A DNA stretch of 64,000 nucleotides from Candidatus Undinarchaeales archaeon (lineage in GTDB: Archaea > SpSt-1190 > JASMDC01). Below are positions 57,097-64,000 of the stretch, one piece after another. The stretch spans positions 64,001-128,000 of the forward strand of contig JASMDC010000005.1 of assembly GCA_030753015.1 (NCBI GenBank), given 5' to 3'. The notes beneath the pieces were generated by a model. The model searched no databases, was not told the DNA's origin, and saw only the letters and a list, made by a program, of their open reading frames with translations. How positions within the stretch are numbered: position 1 is the stretch's first letter; each line of letters opens with the position of its first letter. The translations under genes were made by a program, and so were the position numbers.

Positions 57097-59235
57097 ATGC
57101 TCCTCACCGCGCTCTGGCGACTGTGCGGTCTTGCGGTCGTTTTCGTGCTCCCTGCCATCGCCGCCGCTCGTCTCCTGCACGATCGTCGTTCATCAGAGGG
57201 CCATCCGGCGTTCCTGGCCATCCCCCTCGCCCTCGCTATTGTGCCCCCGGCTGCTCTGGGACTGGCCTTCCTCCTTGACACCCTCGTCACCCCCGCGCTC
57301 CTCGTCGCCACATCCCTATTCCTTTCCGCTCTGCTCTGGGCCGCACGGACGCGTCATCCCTCGGTCGAGCCTCCACCCCTTGGCCTAGTTCTCCCCGCAG
57401 CGGCAGTGCTCGTCCTCGTCCTTGGTCTTCTCGTGGACATCCACCCGCCCCTCGGAGAGCTCCCCTTCGAGCAGAATCCGTGGAGACGGTGCACGCACGT
57501 GGCCGTGTACGACACGGTCGGTGTCGGGAGTGTCACCTGGCTCTACCGTATCCGGATGGAGATCTATTCACCCTTCTTCCCGCATTACACGCGGAGCGTC
57601 CACAGGGGGCTCCCGTTACCTGGCCCTGGACGTGAGAGTGAGCGAGATGTCTCTGAAACGGATGACGAAGTATACGTGTTCCCGGCCACGGCTGCGCTTC
57701 CTGCAGACTACATCACTAACGGATACGTGAACATCGGCGATCAGCGGCTGGGTAACACGGCCATCTTCAGCGCCCTCTTCCCCTTCCTGGGGAGCTACAC
57801 GTTCCATGTCGCTTTCGCCCTAGCCCTATTGGGGACCGTGCTCGCCACGGCGGCCGCGTCCTGGCGGTTGTCGGGAGCGGGCTGGCCCGTCGCGTTCAGC
57901 GCGGCCCTGGCATTGCTCATGCCCCTGGCAACTCACTTCAGCCATGACTTCCTCTTCCTGGTCCCCGACACCCTTTTCGCCGCTTGCCTCGCTGCCGCCC
58001 TCATCGCCCTAGCTCTCGAACGTCCCTCATACCGGGGATGGCTCCTGGCCGGGATGCTCGCCGGCATGCTGCTAAGCGTCAGGGACGTGGCATTGCTCTG
58101 CCTCCCTGCGTTCGCGGTCCCGCTCTCCCGGGCATCACGACCACGGTCCGCGGTCGCGCTGTTCGCGATAGGTGCGCTCGTTACCCTCTTCCCAACGATG
58201 TACGTCCAGCAGTATGCCTACGGCAGCGCGTGGACGAGCCCGGGGGTGGCCAAGTTCCCGGGCAACGGTATCGAGTACTCCTTCCTGGGAGCACGCACGA
58301 CGTTACCGCTCTTCCTCAACTGGCCTTTCCATGAGACCATCGTACGCACGCCCACGAGCCCGGTCCCGACGTTCCTCTACCTGCCCTTGGTCATGGCGCT
58401 CCTCTTCGGTACCACAGGGAGCGCGCTCGTCCTGGCAGGGCTCTGGTACTCCGGTGAACGGCGCATGCTCCTGCTCTGGACGGTCCCGCTGGTCCTATTC
58501 CTCGCCGTGCAGGAGGACTGGGACGTGGTTAAGACGAGTCTCGCCTACCTCTGGCTCCCGGCGCTCTGGATCGCTGCCCCCGAGGGTTTGCGCGCGTTCT
58601 CCGGACGCCGCGGAATCGCAGCCATTTTGCTACTCACACTCGTCCTCTCGCTCACGGTGCGCTTTGCAGCGAATGTTGAGTTCGATACGGATCCGCGGTG
58701 GACCGATGCCTATGGGCTCGACCTCGATCCTTCGTACCTCGGGCCACAGACGGATACCCTCGCGACGGGACACCCCCTCCCGCTGCTCCCCACAAGGCTC
58801 CCATTCTCGCCCTCCAGGCTGCTTGACGAGCTCGGTCATGTCGGGGACGACCGCCCCATCCAGGACCGCACCGTCCTCCTGCCGCGGTTCAACCTAGAGA
58901 CCGGGCCTGTTAATCTGGACCTGCGGACCGTTCCGGCTCAGCAGCTCAGGTTCGCCCTCGGTGCCATGTCCGGCCTCGGCGCCCCACGCTCCGTACGGGT
59001 GCCTGGAGGCCACATCATCACCTTCCCGCGAGAAGGGGGAGGCGCATGTATGTACGTGGAGGTCGCGGTTACTGCCGAAGGGGATGGCCTCGTAATCGAC
59101 CTCGTGCCCCTCGGTCCCGGCGACCTGGGCATCACCTGCCCAGAAGACCTGCAACGCAATCCCCTCGGTGAGTTCTTCGTCTGGACCGACCGTCCCATCG
59201 AGCTCCGGACGGACAGCGCCTGGGACCGTACATGA
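57097..59235 (+). CDS. Polytopic membrane protein, GT-C-like (paralog B)
   Basis: 712 aa, colinear with paralog A and shares all listed motifs. Confidence 0.65.
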   Translation: MLLTALWRLCGLAVVFVLPAIAAARLLHDRRSSEGHPAFLAIPLALAIVPPAALGLAFLLDTLVTPALLVATSLFLSALLWAARTRHPSVEPPPLGLVLPAAAVLVLVLGLLVDIHPPLGELPFEQNPWRRCTHVAVYDTVGVGSVTWLYRIRMEIYSPFFPHYTRSVHRGLPLPGPGRESERDVSETDDEVYVFPATAALPADYITNGYVNIGDQRLGNTAIFSALFPFLGSYTFHVAFALALLGTVLATAAASWRLSGAGWPVAFSAALALLMPLATHFSHDFLFLVPDTLFAACLAAALIALALERPSYRGWLLAGMLAGMLLSVRDVALLCLPAFAVPLSRASRPRSAVALFAIGALVTLFPTMYVQQYAYGSAWTSPGVAKFPGNGIEYSFLGARTTLPLFLNWPFHETIVRTPTSPVPTFLYLPLVMALLFGTTGSALVLAGLWYSGERRMLLLWTVPLVLFLAVQEDWDVVKTSLAYLWLPALWIAAPEGLRAFSGRRGIAAILLLTLVLSLTVRFAANVEFDTDPRWTDAYGLDLDPSYLGPQTDTLATGHPLPLLPTRLPFSPSRLLDELGHVGDDRPIQDRTVLLPRFNLETGPVNLDLRTVPAQQLRFALGAMSGLGAPRSVRVPGGHIITFPREGGGACMYVEVAVTAEGDGLVIDLVPLGPGDLGITCPEDLQRNPLGEFFVWTDRPIELRTDSAWDRT

Positions 59236-59313
59236 GGGCTGCGGACCGTACAGGTCAGGTTTAAGAGGCTTTGGGTGGTATCGCCAAACGACCGCTCCCA
59301 GAGCGGAAAGGTT

Positions 59314-60651
59314 GTGATTCCAATACCAGTTCTGAGCATTGTCGGATCGCAGTGGGGCGACGAGGGAAAGGGCAAGATCGTGGACGCCGTGTCCGAGAAC
59401 GCTGACATGATCGTGCGCTATCAGGGCGGCGACAACGCCGGCCACACGGTGATGGTCGAGGACCGGACCTACAAATTCCATGTCCTCCCAGCGGGTGTGC
59501 TCCGGGGGATCCGGAGCCTCGTTGCTAGCGAGGTCGTCGTGAACCCGGCCCAGGTGAAGCGCGAGCTCGACGCCCTCGAGCGCGAGGCCAACCTAGGGAT
59601 CGATCCCCGATGTCACGTCATCATCCCCTACCACGTTGCCATGGACCTGGCCAAGGAGGCACACCGGGCAAAGACCACGGGCGCTGCCATCGGCACCACC
59701 GCTCGGGGCATCGGGCCCTGTTACTCTGATGCTGCGGACCGCACGGGCATCACCTTCTTCGAGTTCGTGGGGGACCCGAAGGTCCTGGAAAAGCGCATCC
59801 GCGATAACTTCATCCTCAAAGAGAAGTACCTCCGGGCCGTGTACGACGAGGGTATGACCGTGATCCGTGAAGGAAAGCGTGTGGAGACCACCGCGGACGA
59901 GATCGTGGCAGAGTACATCGAGCTCGGCAAGCTCCTACGCCCCTACCTCACCGATGTTTCCATAGAGGTCAACGATGCCATCGCGGCAGGTAAGAACGTG
60001 GTGTTCGAGGGGGCACAGGGGACGCTCCTTGACCTTTACTTCGGTAACTACCCCAAGGTCACCAGCTCTCACCCCATGACCGGTGCTGCATTCACCAGCG
60101 TGGGCATGCCACCGATGGCCATCCAGAGCATCGGTATCATGAAGGCCTACGTCACCAAGGTCGGCTCGGGTCCCGTGGTCACGTGCCTTGACGGCGGACG
60201 ATGGCCTGTGGACGAGTCGGCATCGGAGCCGGATGCCATCGAGATCCGGAAGCAGGGCAAGGAGTATGGTGCCACCACCGGCCGCGCCCGGCGCGTGGGA
60301 TGGCTCGACCTGGTCGTCCAGCGATACTCCAACCGTATCAACGGCTTTACCGACATGGCCCTCACCAAGCTGGACGTCCTGGCGGGCATGGACACGATCA
60401 AGATCTGCGTCGCCTACGAGTGCGACGGTGAGACGATCACCGACTACCCCTCCTGGGATCTGGAAAAGCTGGCACGATGCGAACCTGTGTACAAGGATTT
60501 CCCTGGCTTCCAGAAGGTAGAAGACGAGAACGCTCAGCAGATCATCGCTTTCATCGAGAGCGAGATGGGCGTGCCCATCACCATCCTATCCACTGGCCCC
60601 GGCCGCACCGAGACGGTGTACCGCGGATTCGAGGGTCTGTCAGGGCAGTAG
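59314..60651 (+). CDS. purA: Adenylosuccinate synthetase (long form)
   Basis: QWGDEGKGK, GGDNAGHT, IGTTARGIGP, EGAQG, EYGATTGRARRVGW, TKLD; exact start uncertain. Confidence 0.95.
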   Translation: MIPIPVLSIVGSQWGDEGKGKIVDAVSENADMIVRYQGGDNAGHTVMVEDRTYKFHVLPAGVLRGIRSLVASEVVVNPAQVKRELDALEREANLGIDPRCHVIIPYHVAMDLAKEAHRAKTTGAAIGTTARGIGPCYSDAADRTGITFFEFVGDPKVLEKRIRDNFILKEKYLRAVYDEGMTVIREGKRVETTADEIVAEYIELGKLLRPYLTDVSIEVNDAIAAGKNVVFEGAQGTLLDLYFGNYPKVTSSHPMTGAAFTSVGMPPMAIQSIGIMKAYVTKVGSGPVVTCLDGGRWPVDESASEPDAIEIRKQGKEYGATTGRARRVGWLDLVVQRYSNRINGFTDMALTKLDVLAGMDTIKICVAYECDGETITDYPSWDLEKLARCEPVYKDFPGFQKVEDENAQQIIAFIESEMGVPITILSTGPGRTETVYRGFEGLSGQ

Positions 60652-60663
60652 GTCCCCATCCGT

Positions 60664-61950
60664 TCAGTCCGCAGTCAGTTCCTTAGCGATGCCACGTACA
60701 CGCTTTAGTATGTCGTCCACCGGGAACGTGAACGCTCTATCCCGATAGAGGAACCTGCCCCCGACGAGCGTATCAGTGACATCCCCTCCCTGTGCAGCAT
60801 AGACCAGATTCGAGACCGGATCGTGGCACGGGATGAGCCGCGGCGAGTCGAGGTCCAGGAGCACCATGTCCGCCAGTTTTCCCTCCTCGATGGAGCCGAG
60901 GTCTGCCTCGACGTGCATCACCCGGGCCGCGTCGATGGTCGCCATATCCATCACGCGGCGGGCAGGCATGACGGTCGCATCCATGTTCGCCGCCTTGTGT
61001 ACGAGAGCGCACACCTTCATCTCCTCAAGCATGTCGAGGTTGTTGTTCGAGACGTTCGAGTCGGTGCCCAGGCCCACGGGCACTCCGACCTTGTCCAAGA
61101 GGGCCATGGGGGGCACTCCGCCCACAGCGAGCTTCATGTTGGACGTGGGATTATGGGAAACGGTCACGCCCTTGTCGGCCATGAGCCGGACGTCATCCTT
61201 ATCCAGATGGACGCAGTGGAACGCGATGGTGGGCAGGTCGAACACCCCGAGGTCCGCCAGATACCGGGGGGGGCGCTTGCCCTTGTCCTTCACCATGTTC
61301 TCGACCTCGCCCGCGGTCTCGGAAAGGTGTATCTGGATGGGGACCTCATGCTTCCTGGCCACATCCATGGCCATGTGCAGAGTCTCTTCCGAGCACGTGT
61401 AGGGGGCATGGGGGGATATGTCCGGGTAGATGAGCGGGTGTTTCTTGGAGGCCCGGCACAGAGCATCGGCCGAGCGCTTGTACTCCTCGGGCCCCGAGGC
61501 CATGTTCGTGGGGAAGTCCAGGAATATACCACCGGGAGCAAATCGCATGCCTACCGTCTCTGTAGCCCGGCACCCCTGCTCGGGCCAAAAGTACATGTCA
61601 TGGCAGAAGGTGGTCCCGGAGGACACCATCTCCAGCTGGGCGAGCACGGTGGAATAGTACACGGCCTCCTCTGTGAGCTTTGCTTCGGTCGGCCAGATGC
61701 GCTCCTCGAGCCAGGGCATGAGGGCCATGTCGTCAGCAAAACCCCGCATGAACGACATGCCCGTATGACTGTGGGTATTGATAAGACCAGGGATGACGAT
61801 CCGCCGAGACGCGTCGACCACCTCGTCGACCTTATCGGGCAGGTCCTTACCGACCTTGGCGATGCGGTCGCCGTCGATGAGCACATCACCGCGGAACACG
61901 CGGCGCTTGTGATCCTGGGTCACCAGCAGTCCGTTCTTGATGAGCAGCAT
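60664..61950 (-). CDS. Amidohydrolase, MTA/SAH/5'-deoxyadenosine deaminase family (MtaD/DadD-like)
   Basis: PGLINTHSH, WLEERIWP.E, DMYF, PHAPYTC, HLSET, HNPTSNMKL, GTD, SNNNLD. Confidence 0.87.
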   Translation of the reverse strand: MLLIKNGLLVTQDHKRRVFRGDVLIDGDRIAKVGKDLPDKVDEVVDASRRIVIPGLINTHSHTGMSFMRGFADDMALMPWLEERIWPTEAKLTEEAVYYSTVLAQLEMVSSGTTFCHDMYFWPEQGCRATETVGMRFAPGGIFLDFPTNMASGPEEYKRSADALCRASKKHPLIYPDISPHAPYTCSEETLHMAMDVARKHEVPIQIHLSETAGEVENMVKDKGKRPPRYLADLGVFDLPTIAFHCVHLDKDDVRLMADKGVTVSHNPTSNMKLAVGGVPPMALLDKVGVPVGLGTDSNVSNNNLDMLEEMKVCALVHKAANMDATVMPARRVMDMATIDAARVMHVEADLGSIEEGKLADMVLLDLDSPRLIPCHDPVSNLVYAAQGGDVTDTLVGGRFLYRDRAFTFPVDDILKRVRGIAKELTAD

Positions 61951-62089
61951 GGTCGTTCACCTAGATCACGGGGGTGTGAGTATCTTTATGTATCTACGGG
62001 AGGGTGTGGTATTGTAGCGAGAGGGAGATCCACCCCTCATAGGATATGATGATCGTGCTTGGCCTGAAGGTTGGGTTTGAGCGTTCCGG

Positions 62090-62266
62090 TCAGGAGGGTG
62101 TAGTACCTCCCTGTACGAGGAAATCATCGAGCCGTTCCTGGACTAGCCTATGGCGGCGATAGATGAGCCTGCCGCATCGATGGCACTGTACGAAGGCGTA
62201 CCGACCCTGAGTATTCTCGGGAACGGTCCACCTGAAGTGACAGCGGTCGCATTCCACCTCACGCAT
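62090..62266 (-). CDS. 58-aa zinc-ribbon protein with C-terminal PIP-box-like motif
   Basis: CDRC...CHRC and QERLDDFL; TTTAAA box 22 nt upstream of ATG 62266. Confidence 0.68.
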   Translation of the reverse strand: MREVECDRCHFRWTVPENTQGRYAFVQCHRCGRLIYRRHRLVQERLDDFLVQGGTTPS

Positions 62267-62331
62267 GAATGAGAAAGGCAGTCCATCCTTTAAATGGGAC
62301 AAGTGGGGGGAATGCCGGTATTCGCCAGTGC

Positions 62332-62559
62332 CTAATCGAGCTTCATGCCGCCCGTCAGGAAGGAGAACACGTCCTCCTCGGCCTGGTCCTTCCCGAAGAA
62401 CATGCCCACCTTGTAGCCTACAAAGAAGCCGCCGGCGAACACTAGCACCTCAGGGTGCTCGATAAGGAACTCGACGATGGACGTGATAAGACCGTAAAGG
62501 AAGGCGAAAATCCCCTTGCCGACCTCAAGAGCCTTGGCGATAACCTCGTCAGGGTCCAT
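62332..62559 (-). CDS. Small membrane protein
   Basis: 75 aa, two hydrophobic/Gly-rich segments; AAAGG-TATATAA promoter ~27 nt upstream. Confidence 0.62.
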   Translation of the reverse strand: MDPDEVIAKALEVGKGIFAFLYGLITSIVEFLIEHPEVLVFAGGFFVGYKVGMFFGKDQAEEDVFSFLTGGMKLD

Positions 62560-62609
62560 CAGGTGTGATACAGCGGCTCAGGGTAGTTATATACCTTTCG
62601 CTTGCCCTG

Positions 62610-64000
62610 TTAAGAAGGCCCCGGGGGCCGGTTCCAGGCCTGCTGAGGCTGTTGGACAGGCCCCTGGACCGGGGCCTGCATGGATTGAGCTGCGGTCGGA
62701 GATGGCTGGGGTGCGGACGAGGTCACGGCCATATCCATTCGCCTCTTCAGACCCCAAGCGAGCGCCGCGTGGACCATGAACGCCGTCACCGCTGCAAGGA
62801 TCCCGTCGTTGCCCTGTCGCATGATGACAGCTGCCATGAAGAGCACCACGCCCACCGTTACGATCGCCAAGAATCCACGGACCTCCTCCTCTGAGATGTC
62901 CAGGGCTGTGGCCGCGAACCACTCTCCCGAACGGAAGATGAACATGAGGTACGAGACGAGGTAGAACGCCACGGTGACGATCATGAAGTCCCCGAACATC
63001 TTGACGAGAGCAAGATTGATGTTCCCCACGATGAGCTGCGAGAAGTAGAGGATCATGCAAGCCGAGAAGATGAAGATGTACTGGGAGAAGAAGAGCATCG
63101 AGAGGATGAAGGAGCCGGTGAGCATGAGGTTACGTAACGAGGTGTACGACCACAACGCCAGCACGGTGAGAAGGATGACGGTCGACAGTCCCAGGATCAC
63201 GGGGAACAGGTCGGCGCTCGATCCGAGGGGCTGGGTCTGGAAGTCCACACCCCCGACGTTCCCGATGGTCGGCAGCTCCCAGCTCTGGCCAAGGATCGTG
63301 TAGGTCTCGTATCCCTCATGGAGCATTCCCATGGAGCTCCATGGCGCCATGAAGTGGGCCACGGCGCTGGAAAGGAACAGGGCCAGGAGCAGGCGTGTGA
63401 CGAACCAGTGCTTCCAAACAGGATTGCCGCCCATCTCCTTGGAGGCCATGAGCACGAACACCGCCACAGGCATGGCCATGAGGAAGAGGAGGGCGATGGT
63501 GTCGAGCACGTACACCGCCACGGTCATGGCGACCCCAGGGCCCTGGAGCCCCGCGATGTCCTTGGTGAGCAGCTCGATGGGGGGCCGGTGACGCTGGGCC
63601 CATATCGTGGGATCGATGTTCACCATGCGTGTCTCCATACCGCCGAAGAGCGAGGGAAGGATGAAGTAGCCGGCGTCCGCGATGACGTGGGTGATGAGGA
63701 GGGCCGAGAGACCAAGGTACACCAAGCGCGACCTCGTGAACAGGGACGCCAGCAGGATCACGAACTGCTCGTCCATGGCCCCGAACTTATTTGCGGCCGC
63801 GATGTCCAGGGAGCGGAAGTAGGAGAGGGCGTAGAGGAACGCTACTACGTAGAGCGACTTGTCGATAGAGACGACCAGCCACTGGGTGACCGTATCGAAC
63901 ACGAACATGAAGAAGCCCAGCAGGGCGTAGTACACGGCGATGAACCGGACCAGGAGGAACGCCAGAAGTCGGTGGGTTGGTTCGGACCTGAAGTCCGCGG
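62610..64000 (-). CDS. Polytopic membrane protein with Q/P-rich C-terminal tail (5' end outside window)
   Basis: Frame stays open to the window edge; 10 or more hydrophobic segments; no recognised family. Confidence 0.7.
   Translation of the reverse strand, partial: ADFRSEPTHRLLAFLLVRFIAVYYALLGFFMFVFDTVTQWLVVSIDKSLYVVAFLYALSYFRSLDIAAANKFGAMDEQFVILLASLFTRSRLVYLGLSALLITHVIADAGYFILPSLFGGMETRMVNIDPTIWAQRHRPPIELLTKDIAGLQGPGVAMTVAVYVLDTIALLFLMAMPVAVFVLMASKEMGGNPVWKHWFVTRLLLALFLSSAVAHFMAPWSSMGMLHEGYETYTILGQSWELPTIGNVGGVDFQTQPLGSSADLFPVILGLSTVILLTVLALWSYTSLRNLMLTGSFILSMLFFSQYIFIFSACMILYFSQLIVGNINLALVKMFGDFMIVTVAFYLVSYLMFIFRSGEWFAATALDISEEEVRGFLAIVTVGVVLFMAAVIMRQGNDGILAAVTAFMVHAALAWGLKRRMDMAVTSSAPQPSPTAAQSMQAPVQGPVQQPQQAWNRPPGPS

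Noticed and set aside
1-64000. tRNA, rRNA and CRISPR arrays
   Set aside because: None recognised in any intergenic gap by eye; a covariance-model scan was not run.

Overview
Gene-dense window of probable archaeal origin (TATA/BRE-type promoters, thiolase+DUF35 pair, DUF116, TrmB-like regulators). It falls into two differently coded halves. 1-33.1 kb is a continuous catabolic block with AGG/AGA-rich Arg usage and frequent Shine-Dalgarno sites: a PadBC-like molybdoenzyme with an NrfD-type anchor, a complete reductive pyrimidine degradation route, a leucine/3-methylcrotonyl-CoA carboxylase cluster, thiolases, acyl-CoA dehydrogenases, ETF/ETF-QO and acyl-CoA synthetases. From about 33.15 kb Arg codons switch to CGN and many genes look leaderless. 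This half holds an AT-rich islet with a HEPN-like/MNT pair under a periodic operator array, Cys-rich small proteins, tandem wHTH-TrmB-like regulators, nadE, an AsnB-like protein with Thr in place of the catalytic Cys, two very large Cys-repeat surface proteins, dodecin, Lrp/ahcY, a membrane zincin followed by two duplicated GT-C-like membrane proteins, purA, an MTA/SAH deaminase and a zinc-ribbon microprotein with a PIP-box. No rRNA, tRNA or CRISPR array was seen. All calls come from reading motifs by eye; no database searches were run.
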